Source: Saccostrea echinata (taxonomy: Eukaryota). Taken from it: a DNA stretch of 64,000 nt. The notes under the pieces are model-generated. The model was not told the DNA's origin, ran no database searches, and worked only from the letters and a program-made list of their open reading frames with translations. Position numbers and translations under genes: made by a program. The stretch covers positions 26,598,001-26,662,000 of the forward strand of contig NW_026889750.1 in the NCBI RefSeq assembly GCF_033153115.1. Reading direction: 5' to 3'. Positions 1-14,534 of this stretch are shown piece after piece (the stretch's first letter is position 1; the number at the start of each line of letters is the position of its first letter).

Positions 1-3000
1 TGTTCGACGGAAGATCCTTGCACCATGGCTTATCAAGAATGTCACAATATTCCTGGTTCTTATCAATGCGTCTGTCAGAAAGGATTTGAAGAGAGATCTG
101 GGAATTGTGAAGGTAAAAATTCTAATTCAGTAAGCAACTTTGATTTTGCTATTGGTCCAAATCGTTTTCAGCTTTGATTTTTGCCTTTTTTCATTTATTC
201 ATTCTTCATTGCCTTGCTTTTCCAAAACTTATTGAGACATTTCAATCAGATATTGATGAATGCGTGAACCGCCCTTGCTCTCAACTGTGCAATAACACTA
301 TCGGAGGTTACTCATGTGACTGCTTTAATGGGTTTCAACTTGTTGGTGAAAGTCAATGTGTTGATATTGATGAATGCAGCTCTCCAATCAAGCCATGTGA
401 TCAAGTTTGCACAAATACGCTAGGCAGCTTCAAGTGCAGTTGCCATGTCGGGTATTTCTTGAATACAACAAATAGAAGAGATTGCTATGGTAAATACTGA
501 AACCTTTGAGTACATTATACTCTGCATTTTTTTTTTATTATTATTACTATTTTTTTTATTATTGTTGTTTTCAAAAATTCTTTAACATTTTGTAGCAAAG
601 ACTGAATGTTCAAATGCATCTGCATCCTGTTCTCAGAAGTGTGGAGTTAAAACTGATGGGTCAGAGTACTGCTTCTGTGAAAATGGCTACTTATTAGATG
701 TAGCAGATAACCGAACATGCATCGGTAGAAATACTTTTTGCGATTTGCAAGAACTTTTTTTAAGGGTTTTCTATTTTGAATGTACATATTAGAAAGACAC
801 ATGTATTTACATGTTTTATTGTAAAATGAATTTCATGACAATATAATTCCAGATCAAGATGACTGTTCACCCAATCCCTGCAGTCAAACGTGTGTTCAGA
901 ATGCACCTGGTCAGGGTTACTGGTGTACCTGTGAAGTAGGAAAAATGGTAGATCAAGACAAACGTACATGCATAGGTAATATGAAAACAAGAGTTTAATA
1001 TAAAATAAAAAAAATTACTATCGATCTTTTAAAATTATTTCTTAATTAAAATGAACTTAAATTAAATGAAATTACATGTAACCTTGAATCATCATTTATT
1101 TGCTTTGCTTTGATTAGATTGTACAAAGTGGAGCTTTGGTCTCAATTGTGCCAATCAGTGTTCCTGCAACATTCAAAACTCCATGTCTTGTGATCGTGTT
1201 ACTGGTGCTTGTACATGCAAACCAGGATGGAGTGGAACAAACTGTGAGAGTGACATTAACGAGTGTAACCAATCAGATGCTTGTCCCCAGTCCTCTACGT
1301 GTGCTAATTCCGTTGGCTCTTATACTTGTTTGTGTGATGACGGCACAGCCATGGCGGATGGAATCTGTATTGGTACGTTTATCAATATTGATAACAGATG
1401 TCCAGAGATTCACAGTGGTCGTTATTATAATAGTAATATAATGAAAAATAATTCAAAAAGAAAACACGAAAAAAAAGAAAACACGAAAAAATTAACACAG
1501 TAAAGGTTTAGCGCTATCATTTACAAATCTTAGTTTGTAAATGAAAGCGCTAATGAAAGATTTGTAAAGGAAAGCGCGTTTTCTTTTTGAATTACATGTC
1601 TTTTCAATACTGATATATACATAATGGGTAGAATGCTTTTAAGATATAAATTAATCGCACTGATATTGAAATGGTTATCTCTGCCAGATAATAATGAACA
1701 TTTAAATTTGCTTCCAAAACGTAACTGATATTTTGATTATGTTTAATTTGTCTTCAGAGTGTTCTGGAAACACGTACGGACCAAATTGTGAATTCCAATG
1801 CCAATGTGATCGAAGAAACACAATGATATGTGATAAAAGCAACGGTACCTGCTATTGTCGAGAAGGCTGGACAGGTCTTAATTGTTCTACAGATTTACAC
1901 GAATGTACTCTAACTCCTAATATCTGTGGTGGGAATGCAGTTTGTATTGAACAGCCGGGTTCCTTCAGCTGTCAGTGTGTTCCAGGCTTCGAAAAAACTT
2001 CCTCCAGAAGTTGTTTAAGTATGTTAACTAGGCCACACCAATAAAAAAGTTTTTGTTCGTCGGACCCGCGCGCTCGTATTTAAACAAAACTATACAAATA
2101 ATATTAATTTAAATTTCCACACCATGGAAATTCTGTGCTATTTTCGTATTTTAAATCTGCTTACTCTGCAAATCAGAAAAAATATAATTGTCCGCTCAAA
2201 TTTTTTCACGCTCTGCCTAAAAATTTTGCCTACAAAAAAGTAATGATATTATTATTAATCCGCTTGCCCGCTCGTACTTTTATCATCAAATGTCCGACGA
2301 ACAAGAAATTAAATTGGTGTGGCCCTATAATAGAATGCTAATTTTATGTACGATGAATTACAATGTAATGTTTAGTTTCTTTTGAAGCATAATGACAATA
2401 TGGACATATGTTTACAACTAAAAAGTTTCTATTTCTTACAGTACTATCTGACCTAGTCTTACAAGAAAAACTGAAAAATGTTGCAGATATTTCTGCTCTT
2501 TAAATAGTTAATAATGAATTACTTAGTAAATCTTATAAACGAATGCAAATCTCTATGACGCGTTTTAGATTGTTAATTTTGAATTAAAAGCAATGATTAT
2601 CATAGCTGAAAGTTTAGTTCTTTAACTTCTTGAAACACAGATATTGATGAGTGTGCAATAGGTACCCAAACCTGTGATCCAAACTCCCGATGTACAGATA
2701 CCATTGGTAGTTATATATGTACTTGTGAAACTGGGTTTGCAGGAGATGGACATACTTGTTTAGGTAGGATGTTATTTATTCATTCTTTAAATGAGGATTT
2801 GTAAGCTGAAATAAATTGTTAAATTTAGCTGCAAACGTAGTAAGATTTAAAAAGATTTAACTATTCGCTTTTTATTAGATATAAATGAATGTTCGTCGCC
2901 GAGCGTCTGTGATCCAAATTCTAAATGTAACAATACCTTTGGAAGCTTTGAGTGTATATGTGATCCTGGGTTTATTGGAAATGGAAAAAACTGCACAGGT

Positions 3001-4168
3001 GTGTATTTCCTTCTTCATTTTTAGGTTCTATTAATACGATTATGCCTAAATTAATGATAAGCTGTTTTCCGTGCTCAGAATTCTTATATATATTCAAACA
3101 AAAGAGTACACCAATAAATCAATTTACCAGGTAATGAAATTTGAACTATCCACAAAATATACTTCATTGACAACAGATAATTATTATGTATCATCAACCG
3201 TCCCTAAAAATGATTAAATGGTTGTTTTTGCAATGTTTAATTACCATTTTAATGTGCTTGTCACTTTTAACAATCTTATAGCATTGATATTCCACGTTTT
3301 TTGTTTGATTTCATAAAGACGTAGACGAGTGTTTGGGTGGTGTATCAGGTTGTCATTTTCATGCTGTTTGTAAAAACACAATGGGAAGTTTTCTCTGTGA
3401 GTGTAATGACGGTTTTGAAGGCGATGGAAAAACATGCAAAGGTAACAAATTATGCCCTTTATTATATGTTTTCTCTTCAATTAAATATTCTGAAAGATTA
3501 TTTCAAATGTTTTATCTTTGTTGCTGTACCAGATATTGACGAATGTTCACGAAACATGTCTTCATGTGATACGCATGCGCTCTGTAACAACACTAATGGT
3601 GGGTACACATGTACCTGTCAACCAGGATTTCATGGCGATGGCCTTACCTGCTCAGGTATCATATAATGCCTCAGATACATTTTAACAATGATGTACCTAA
3701 ACGATTTATTTTCATATTCAGACTATTTTTTTGTTTGTCCTTTTAATAATCCCTTCGGTGTTAATTTTCCTATAGAAAATGATGAATGTGAGGAGAAAAC
3801 TCACAGTTGTCATCCCAATGCCTCATGTATCAACACATTTGGGAACTACTACTGCGAATGTAAACCAGGTTTCTTAGGTAGTGGAAGAACCTGTAGCGGT
3901 AAGTTTTAAATGTTTTTGAAAAAAACATTTATGATAAACTGTACAATGAATACTGTTTGTAGGTCTATATTGTTATCGGGGGAAAATATTTTTTTAACTT
4001 AGATGTCAATGAATGCTCTGATGGCACCAGTGGCTGTCATCTAAATGCTACTTGTCACAACACTGTGGGCAACTTCTCCTGTACGTGTGACAGTGGTTTC
4101 TTTGGAGACGGCTTCTATTGTAAAGGTCAGTATTTATGTTCTCTTTGCATTGATAAACATTTCGATTC

Positions 4169-4224
<56 letters not shown>

Positions 4225-7200
4225 GATTTATTCAACGTTCAACGATGTCTTTTTAATTATTGAAATTGTTGTGTTACTTCAGAATGCTTTGATATGACGT
4301 TTGGTGTTAGCTGCAAGAGCCAGTGCTTGTGTAATATCAGCAACACAAGGTCATGTGATAAAGTGACAGGGGCCTGTTTATGTAAAAATGGTTGGCGAGG
4401 AGAGACCTGTAATGAAGATATCCCTGAATGCACAGAAAGACTGGAAATATGTGGACCAAACGCTCTATGCACAGAACTACCCGGGCACTTCAACTGCTCA
4501 TGCCTGAAGGGATATCAATTTATGCCAAATCGTCTCTGTGAAAGTAAAAAAAAAGTTGTATCTTAAATTGCTCGATAGATTAAAACAATTTTTAGTAATT
4601 ATGAAACCAAAACATTTGCAATGGTATTCCTGTTTTTTTTTTTATTTAAGATATTGATGAATGTTATACCCAGCAACAAAACTGCCACACCAATGCTCAA
4701 TGCAATGACACTGATGGGCATTTTATTTGTACTTGTAAACCCGGATTTACTGGAAATGGAACGTTTTGCAGAGGTATGTTTGTTTTTTATCTGCTCGTAT
4801 GTACATTTAGACATTAAATCATAGCAAATAGTATCTATAATAGTAAATTGTCTAAAAAGAAAAAAATATTGAGTTAACAATGAATGCAGTCAAATCAATA
4901 ATATTTTTGTCTTTTTTTCTTCATTTTTTCTTAGCAATACCTAAGGAACCTAGCATCCTTGGTAAATATTAAAGATCATAATACATTTTATGCTGAAAGC
5001 AGACTCTGTAGAATACTAATATTTGATAAAATAGATAACAGTGTTTTTTATTATTCTCAAGTTCTGAAACATTTCAGACCATTTATTCGACATTTCTCTT
5101 AAAACAGATGCCAAAGAAGACAAATATAGGATAAAAGTTAGGTTTGATATACAGACCGATCTAAATACTCTGGAAAATCAGTATGTCCAGGTATACCAAC
5201 AGATGACCACAGCGGTAAGTCTTAATAAGGCTAACTAAACCCAGACAAAAAGACTATAAACAATTCATTTGAATTAGACTGTATTTTATTACTTTTTTTG
5301 CAGCTTACCTCGTTTTATCAAGCGACCATAACTGGATTTGAGAGAGTGATCATTCTTCACATAAGGTAAATTCAATTTTCTTTTCGCATAGTGTGTTCAC
5401 AGTTTACTTATTTGTACTTAGAAGTTTTACTCTTAGGAAGATAAAACAATGAGGATTGATAATCTGTTTGTACTGCAGCATTGGAAGTCTTATAGTTGAT
5501 CACGAGTTGGTGACAGAAAAGGCAACTTCTAGTGTACCAAAGGCGGACATTACAAAAGCCTTACAACGTCTATCTAATGGAGATGTCAAGATTGTGTATG
5601 ATGGCAGAGAACAAACAATTCTGTCTCTGGAATTGAAAAATGCTGAAACAAACAAATTTGGTGTGTTCAGCTTGAAATCTTAGAGACCTTTAGATTGATA
5701 AAACATAACTTCTTTATAAATACCTTACAGAGTGAAAATATTGTTTATATTGTACAACTTGTTTGTAAAAATGGATTCTGAAATTTTTTTTTTTTTTTTG
5801 TCATTATAGTTAATGTCAGCTCCTTGGGGTTATGCAATATCTATCAAGCCGTACAGCCGTGCCCCAAGAGTCATGCATGCTCCGAAACAAACGGAAATAT
5901 CGCCTGCAGGTATATGTTTATTTTTCTCACAAAGTCAACCTTATTTAGTCTCTTATCATTTTTGAAATAAAGTATCAATCTGAATTACACTTATTTTGTT
6001 TTATATGCAATCCACTCTTTGCATTACAGCCCATTGCCTATATCTGGTAAGAGAAGTAACTATTTCGTGACTACTTATGTTAAGTTATTGCTTTTTATAT
6101 AACATTATTTGAATCCAGATTATGTTTGATGGAAAATTTGGTGCAACGTTTTACATACTTTCGGTAACGAAGGGAAAAAAAAGATCATGATAGCTATTTT
6201 TTACCAAGGTTAAAATAAATATACTAATCAATTGGCCAATTTTACAGAAACTTACAAGTTGATAGTGGGGCTGGGGATAGGTATTTCGTTTGGAGTTATT
6301 GTTCTTTTGGTACTTGTCATCGTCTTGGTTTACCTGAAGAGAAGACGTGATACAAGTAAAGGAGAGCCTATTCCAGACTACGATAATAGATCCGTGAAAA
6401 GGTGAAAATTTGCCATACGACTTAAGCCTGCAGATTGACAAAAAGGATAAGATTGACAATCTATTAGAAAGTTTAATTAGTAATCATTAGTTTTTTTAAA
6501 TGAAATTTCAGTCAATTTTTTTCATTTGAAATCTTAACTTATCAAAGGAATTCTTGTCCTTTATTTATTTGATGTTTTATTTACAGCGGTAGCACCGATG
6601 ATTCCTTGATACATTCATCAATAAAAGGAATGACAAAACGCTTGGACACAACAGGGAAGCGCGGACCTTTCAGTTTTGGAAATGATTCCTGGAGCAGTGT
6701 CAGCGACACCAGTGTCAAGGCTGTCAAATCGTCCTCGAATTCTTTCCGCAGAAGTAGTAAGTTTCATTTCATTCATAAATCATCGTAGACTTAGTGTCAA
6801 ACTCTTCTGAATATTTACATCTTATCTCACCTGTGTCCTCGAGAAGCATACTGTAGATTCCTAAATACACGCGAGGAATTAATTATTAAGAAGCACCACT
6901 CGCGAAATAAAATTACTTATTTCAATAATACTTTGAATATACTATTATCGGTTATAGGGAGTTCAGATAAATTACAATGTCTGTTCAACGAACGAAGAAA
7001 TCTACTTAAGTGGAGATCAATGCTGTAAAATCGGGGTGTGATCATTAATTAAAATAAATCGAGAAAAAAGTGAATTCTTCCTTGCATACTGTAGGTATTT
7101 TTTTTTCATATCAAGGCCCCTTGGTCAAAACGAACTACGTAGCGCTGGGGATGTGGGTGTGAGGTGTGTAAAAATTTACGTTTGAAACAAATTAGAAAAA

Positions 7201-7869
7201 AGTTTCTCACAGCAGTGTTCCAGTTAGTTACATTGCAATGTTGGATAGAATCAGGTTCGTTGAAATTATGGCCCCGTGACTTGGTTATGATCGCTGTAGG
7301 TGGCCGAGATTAAGAAATACTAGTAAGAGAAAACACCTTTAGTTAATTCTGTTTTCCTGAAGAACACCAGGGTCAATTTTGTTCAACGACAAACATCACA
7401 TAGAGTCGGTTTTGCATAATGAAAAACATTTTGATACAGCAATAATCCAATTTTTATAAGTACTCGTCTAAGGAAGGAAAATCTTTCATTTCTTAAATGA
7501 GTACACAAGCACCCTTTAGTACCGCAGATTCACAATAATCTACCGCGGAATGACCATACATTAATATACTTCATAATTACAGCTTTATCAGGGGCAAGAA
7601 TTAATTAAGATCGTTTGCTAGGAAATGTGACTAAATCATACACTGATTGTAGTAATTGACGTTGTCTCTTCTTTCCAATTTTTCTACATATACAGTGTAC
7701 AAAGAATTCTCCACTAGATAAATCTGTTTTTCTTTCCCCCTCTCAAGATCTATAAGTGTCATTATAGTTATATTAAGTGCCAAAAAAAAAATCAAAATAT
7801 TAAATTTATTATTGAATACTTGTATTAAGGAAAGATCTGTATTTTGTTTACACAGATTATAACATGTAA
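1..7869 (+). CDS. 3' part of a multi-exon gene for an EGF-repeat/SEA-domain type I membrane protein (fibrillin-/mucin-like). Inferred exons: <1-112, 250-489, 596-724, 853-975, 1118-1372, 1758-2018, 2641-2763, 2879-2998, 3319-3441, 3533-3655, 3776-3898, 4003-4125, 4283-4543, 4651-4773, 4935-4961, 5108-5214, 5304-5365, 5479-5660, 5810-5909, 6030-6046, 6248-6401, 6587-6756, 7856-7869
   Basis: GT-AG bounded, mostly phase-1 exons encode cbEGF repeats (DIDEC...C.NT.GSY.C.C..GF) and laminin-type EGF modules (C.C..CD..TG.C.CK.GW.G..C). SEA-like region ...FERVIILHISIGSLIVDHEL, TM segment LIVGLGIGISFGVIVLLVLVIVLVYL followed by KRRR. The last small exon (NYNM*) is less certain. Confidence 0.88.
2031..2324. 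mobile_element. Intronic MITE with GGCC termini, probably non-autonomous Zator-type
   Basis: TIRs ggccacaccaat...ttgttcgtcggac / gtccgacgaacaag...attggtgtggcc, with a 3-bp TSD CTA on both sides (2028-2030, 2325-2327). Confidence 0.8.
4172..4220. repeat. (TA)n microsatellite, intronic
   Basis: Read directly from the sequence. Confidence 0.95.
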
Positions 7870-8569
7870 GAAAAGACTGTGAAGATAATTATGCCTGCCA
7901 CTCAGACTCGCTGCCTTGAATACATGTATATACCCGGTGTCTGTTTAATTGTATTTCTGTAAATCTGGTTTACTTTGTTTTCTTCTTTATTCATTTTTTG
8001 TCATTAAGTTTCATAAGGTAAAATCTTCCATTTTATATGCATTTGTGATTACTTTCAATTTAACCTCCTGATATGTAAGAATTGCTTATAAAATAATATG
8101 CTTTTATATATTGTATAATTGTGCTTGCACACGTTTCATTAAAATTTAATAAAAACCTATGTGTATTAATTATATTATGAAAAATACATTATGTATTATC
8201 GTGTATTTGTTCTATATTATACTTCATGTGTAGAACTGTCTGTTGTTCATTATAGTTACTAGAGTGGAATGTTCATGATATGCAAGTATACATTGTGAAG
8301 ACTCTGTCTGTATTTCTGTATTGGTGAATCACTTTGACCTTGCAAATACATTATATATTCTAAAGCATGTATCTAAACTTTGATCCGTTTTTATATCGTA
8401 ATAAACTTTGATCATTAAGAATACGTCTAGATTTCTTTTTTTAACATGTAATGACTCTGATAACCTATTGCGGTCAGAATACCCTAATCGCTGAAACTTC
8501 TGAAAATCTTAGGGATTTATACTCGGATGGCAAAAGAATTCCACTGATGGCAATAAAACAAGCTTTGTG

Positions 8570-11500
8570 TATTGTAGACCTATGATCATGTTGCTATTTT
8601 CCACTTTTAAATAAGTAGGTCAATGACCTACTTTTCATGCTGGAGACCCCTGAGTATTTCCCCCTTTCACATGCTTAAAAGTTTGCGTTATGATCAAGAC
8701 TTTCATTCTCATCAAAATATAACAAGTAATGGAACGCTTTCATAATGAAGTAAAGGGTAGTGTTACTAAATGAAATGAACGATTAGAATTTGGGCAATAA
8801 ACATGTTTAAACAATTCTATCAAATATTACATTTAATACAAAAGCAGGGGATTCATACATCAATTTTTCATGTATGTCTTCGGGTGATAACGTAATGTCT
8901 TTAAATTCGATACCTATCTCAAATGTTTCTGAGAACGATGAAGCGTCATTTGGAACGTCAGTTTTTTTTAACGTCATTTAAATATTTTCTTAAACTTTGA
9001 TTGCCTGTATCTCGGTAATTATTCTGAATATTTAAAAATCAAACTTCATACATGTATTTGGTTATTTTACACTATAATCTATCATAATCCATTGAAAAGT
9101 GAATTTTGATAATTTCTACCTTTAGCTAGGCTTAAGGGCCCTTTTTATTGCAAAATATTTTAATTTATTTATCGTCGTACCATTTCTTTTCCAAAGGAAA
9201 TGGAATATTTATGATTATTATTTTTTTACGTATCATTTTGCTGATTATCATATCTCAATGAAATGCTGTATCAAATCAATATGTTTCAAAAACAAAGTTA
9301 TTATCTATCCTTTAACCTATTTACCAAAAACAAAAACATCAATGTTTTTGTGTGTGCCGGGGAGAAGGGGGGGGGGGTTAAACTGGCATTTTTTAAGCAT
9401 ATATTGGAATAAAAAATGAAATAAGTAAAAATGTTAAAAACAGGGTTTTTCAATCCTTAACACCAAGAAAAAAAGGACTTTTCTGAGCACAAAAGGCCCT
9501 CTCCGAATACAGTCCTTTACAAGTCCCTTTCATCCTAATGTCCTAAAGCGGATTCATTGGAGATGGCCACCATATCCATCTCAACGATATCTAATTCAAT
9601 CGGGATTGGTTCATATTTGTATATAAGTAATGTTTCTTGAATTTCACATTTCAGTCTTCATGACATTTTTAGTTAGATATTGAATTTCACATTTCAGTCT
9701 TATGACATTTTTAGTTAGATATTTCTATAATGCATCAATTAACAGGAAAGTTTAAACTCTAAAATCTCTTATTTGCCAGCCAATTGTTTTTCTGGGCATG
9801 TTTCACATATTGTTTAATAAATGTCAATAGTATTGAGGACATATTACATCCGCATAAAATACAAAACATACTGACATATATATAATCGAACGCTGGGTCA
9901 ATTTGAAGGGTTTTGAAAAGTTTGTCTCAAGGATGACGTTCACTCAGGGTTTTAGTTGACAGAAATGGAATGCTATATAGTACAATATGTTAAATCAAAA
10001 ATTGTTCTTTGTGGACAAAATAACCATTTTATAACTTAATATCAATTTAAAAATGTCATACTTTATTATTGAAGAAAAATATGCAAGAACAAAAGCAAAT
10101 TTATGGTGATGCAGAGTTAATTCGGACTAAATTTCAATTTTTTTTTCATTTTTTTTCACATTTTTTTTCCATTGCAATATTTTTCTTATAGTTAAGATTC
10201 ATTGTGTTTTTTAACACCAGTTTGCAAATACGAGGGTTGTCCGGTAAAATCGTGGACAAAGCGTTTTTCTCGAAAAATAATGGGCGCACTAAGCTGAAAT
10301 TTTCAGCAAATGTTTATTCATCATATTTAAGTGCATCTTAATTTTTTTTGATAAAATATAGACAAAAATAAGGATTTTATTATGCTTGAATGTGCACAGG
10401 GTACGGTCCTACGGCGCACGATAAAAAAAAAACCCAGTTTCATTAGCGAATACACGAGTATTATTTTGAAATAAAAGTAATAAATAGATAAGGTTTGGGT
10501 AAAAATTATCCTATTTTTATTCCACCATCTATTATTTCGTCTTTTGTAAAATATCAAAGCATTTGTTTAATTTTTGGCAGTTTCCCGAGCATTTGAAATG
10601 GGAAAGTGGTCCGTATGTTTTGTTCTACCCGCGGACCCGATCAAAAAGATTCCTCTTAGAAAACTCCAATTTCACTTGTATACTAAAGATCTAGTGATAT
10701 TTTTATATTTTTTTTTCCTTCTGTAGTCATTTAAAGTTTCTTAGGGCGTCATTACTACATCTAAATCAAGCTGAACTGTTCTCCGGTGCGCCGTAACGTC
10801 ACCAAACGTCGCCATTTTTTGTGTGTTGCATTGACAAACAGCTACTGACAATAGCAAAAGACGATGTCACTGTAGACACACCAGTTATGGACAGTACTCT
10901 CACTATCATTCAACTAAATAGGCTATCTTATATTGACGGTGTGTTCCCCGAACGTCTACTGGACTAAACCAACATCTAATTATCACACTCAATTAAGGGG
11001 CCCTCTAAGGGGTACAGGTAGTCTACAATCATTTATGAAATAGCTTTACCTGTATTTTTTGAAGGGGGCATTCTACAGCAACAATAATTTTTGGATCTTT
11101 AAGGCATCTCTTCTGAAACATGATTTCAGCATGGAAAGATTGATAAAAGATATTTATTGTTTTACATGATTTTTTTCAGGGGAAATGTAAAAATCTTGAT
11201 GATTTTATCCATTAGTTTTAAAAAATATGCTTTAAAAATGTTTTTTATTTTCATAAATAATTTTTTTAGCAAAAATTTTAAAAAGCTTATCTGATTTTTC
11301 TTGACATTTCTTTTTTTTATTAAATATTTATATTACATGTATGCATTTATTTAGGGCAAACTTTAAACTCTAAAGGATCTTATTTGCAATCAAACAAACT
11401 TTTCATTTTCTCCTTAAAAAGCCACCAAAATTCATAAAAAATTAATTTAAACTAATATCAATCTTTCCATACTTAAGTCATATTGTAGAGGAGATATCTT

Positions 11501-12961
11501 AAAGATCAGTTAAATAAAATATCCATGAACATGTAAGTAGCATTCTTTCTTAAACAGGAAAACTCGCTAGATCATATCATTTTTCTTATATATTATTAAA
11601 TGAGTTAAATAAATTTTGCTTTAGATACTTTTAATTTAATTTAGTTTTAATCACCGTTTCAAACCATTAATTTTAAATATTATAACATGTTAATATGTGA
11701 TGTAAGTGATGCTTCAAGTGCCAACTGTTAGGTTAAAGAAAGTTATGTTTGAAAATAATTCATAACATGCTATTTGTTAATTTAAATGTGTTGTGAAGTT
11801 ATGTTTCTTTTTCGTATTTTAAATAAAAATATTTATTACATGTACATGTATATGAAAAAATATTTATTCACTGCCTTCAATTATGGCAAGTATTTAATCA
11901 ATAAATCTGTGTCTTTAGTACACAATTTTATCAGTAAATATTAAATCATTTAATTTTGTCTAGTTTGTTAAATTAAGGTAACACAGGTAAACTCTACCTG
12001 GACCCCTTAGAGGGCCTCTAAATTGAGTGTGATAATTAAATAGTTGTTTAAGCGAGTAGACGTTAGGGGAATAAACCTCATAACTTACAAATAAATCTTC
12101 AGAAGGTCCCCTGTGTGTGCGAGATTGGTTCCTCGACTGTTTATGGAGAAATAAAGGGAAAATCAAGTATGTGCATTAATGAAATCCCCGAATTTAAGTG
12201 GGGCTTTCCAACTTTTATTAAGCAAAGAGGAAACGTGACGCTGCTTTAGACACTTTGACGTTATCATCCGTGCGCCGTAAGGCGATAACACGCATAACAT
12301 AAAGTCTCATATTTTGTTTATTTGAGCAGATATCTATTTGAAATTCACTATATTGATGAAAAATGTACTAAAAAGTAGTGAAAGTTTTAGAACGCAGTGA
12401 TGATTATTTTTCATTCTAGACAACTTGTCCACGATTTTACCGGACAACGCTCGTATTATGTGTGTTAAAGGTCATGTATTATTTCAAATAACTGAATGGC
12501 ATGCAATGAAGAATTTCAAAAATATGGACCAAAACCAATCCAGACAACATCTCTCAAGAATTCGATCATTGACTTCTTTTAATTTTAATATCAGCATAAT
12601 AAGGGCAATATAAGTTAACTGCGGTTATAAATAGTTTAGAATCATTATGTAGATTTAATTTTAAAAATGGGTAAAAATTAGAAAATTAACAATTGAAATT
12701 CGGACTGAAATAATTAAGAAGTTTATTGTTCAAACTCTAACTGTTTACTTATATTTAGCAAAACTATTTCATGTATGTTATATTTCATTATCCAAAGAGC
12801 TTAGTTACTTGTTATATTTTGTAAATTAAAAAAAAAATTGGTCATAGTGTAATGAATTGAGGTATTTTCCAACAAATACTTAGGGGCCACTAGCCTGAAA
12901 AGTAGGTCATTGACCTAGTTATTTGAAAGTAATAAAATCACTACAATCATAGGTCTTCAAT
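8570..12961. mobile_element. Non-autonomous DNA transposon with long imperfect TIRs, hosting a nested mariner-like insertion
   Basis: attgtagacctatgat...aaataagtaggtcaatgacctacttttca (8571-8637) is the reverse complement of tgaaaagtaggtcattgacctagttattt...atcataggtcttcaat (12896-12961). Similarity continues inward (caaaatataacaagtaa). Confidence 0.7.
10231..12453. mobile_element. Non-autonomous Tc1/mariner-type element, about 2.2 kb
   Basis: TA|cgagggttgtccggtaaaatcgtggacaa ... ttgtccacgattttaccggacaacgctcg|TA: ~29-bp TIRs, TA TSD, no transposase ORF. Confidence 0.85.
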
Positions 12962-14534
12962 GTACAGTAAGAGGAATTTTTTGTCATCTGAGTAACCGTC
13001 ATTCTTAATTACAAAATTTGATTAACAGATTCACCCTCGTTGTTGCGATATACATGTAAATTGAATCAGTCGGGTGAGTAAACCCACTAAATTAACTCAC
13101 CATCAATACTTATGTTATCAGTATGACTCATTTCAGGTATCTTGAGCAGGGTGTGAGACATTACATTAATGTGTACTTTTATACGAATGTATGTTAATCA
13201 CAAGTAGGAAGCGTTCTATATACTAAACCTTCAATTTTTAGAGTTCAGACAGAAATCGCACATCGCCGCCAACGTGGTTTTTTTTTCTTAGACCGTCACT
13301 TTGATATTATTTTACCTAGAATCCAGTGATTATAATTTTCTACGAATGTATTAATCTTGCAGTCAGTCTTTTGTCTGATATTAAAAAACCAAAAGGGCAC
13401 ATTGCGTACGAGATAAATAAAAAGTTCTCTTCAAACTCTATGAGGCAGAAGTAAAAAGAGTGGGTACAGGTGGGATTAAAGGATGTCCTGCGAAATGCCA
13501 ATATGAATGTACTTACGGAATTAGTCCTTCAATTGTGCGCAAGTATGGACTACAAATGTTTTTGGGAATGTGCTGATAATTTTCAGAAGAAACATATGTG
13601 TTGTTTACTTAAAGGGGCTGGGACACAGATTTGAAGCTCATATTTTCTAACATTTTCCAAATAATATCATGACTTATATGTTGCTAGAGCATTTCACACC
13701 GAAATATATTAAAAGCGTGTTTAGAAACTTCTTTTATGTGGAAATTATTAAAACTACAAATTTCGGGACGTGTTTGATTGACACATATCCTTGCACGTTC
13801 ACAAAGTAAACTGTATCCATAATACTTAAGAAAAGTAGGAATTTTGTTGTGTATTAATAAAAAATATGAAAACTATAATCCAGAAAGTTTAGAGTAGAAA
13901 TGCAAGAAAGCAAAACCAACTCACCAGTATTGACAGTCCGTGCTCAGTGATGTGTGCATACTGAACAAATTGAACACACCCGGTTAAATGTACACACTAA
14001 CAATAACAGAGCTCGTACCCTGTTTACAAACACAGATGTCTGACGTGATGTTACGAAGAATGTCGTTGTTATTGAATTCTTAGAATATTCATTTAAGGGG
14101 AAGAAGGACCTTGAGCTGACAAAAATACTTGTCATTCAATTTTTTTCATATTTTGTATATTTCTAATCAAGTATGTCCCACATTTCTTAAAGCAATTATA
14201 TCATTAGTTTTCTTACCTTATTTTAGAGATATTGATTGACAAATACTATACCCTACAGTACCTCAGTGGAGTTTTAATTCTCCATGGTTCCGGGCTCATT
14301 ACTCTGTCCATAATGGAATTTTTTAAGCATATATAAAAATATGTAAGTAGACATGTGTCTTTTAAAATATTTCAGAGTAGGGTTCAAAATTCGAAAAAGC
14401 AAGATTTTTTTTCTATCATACTGCATCTAGATAGGGAAAATTACGTACTTTATAAGACAACTTAAACAATAAAAAACATAATTTACAAAAAATTCTATCA
14501 TTCAATATTTTTAAATTTACGTTGATCAATGTAT

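Noticed and set aside
9637-9722. ~44-bp tandem duplication (and a ~90-bp one at 47500-47670)
   Set aside because: Ordinary local duplications with no further structure.
13608-14190. Second Kolobok-like element starting ttaaaggggctgggacac
   Set aside because: The right terminus is too degenerate to support boundaries.
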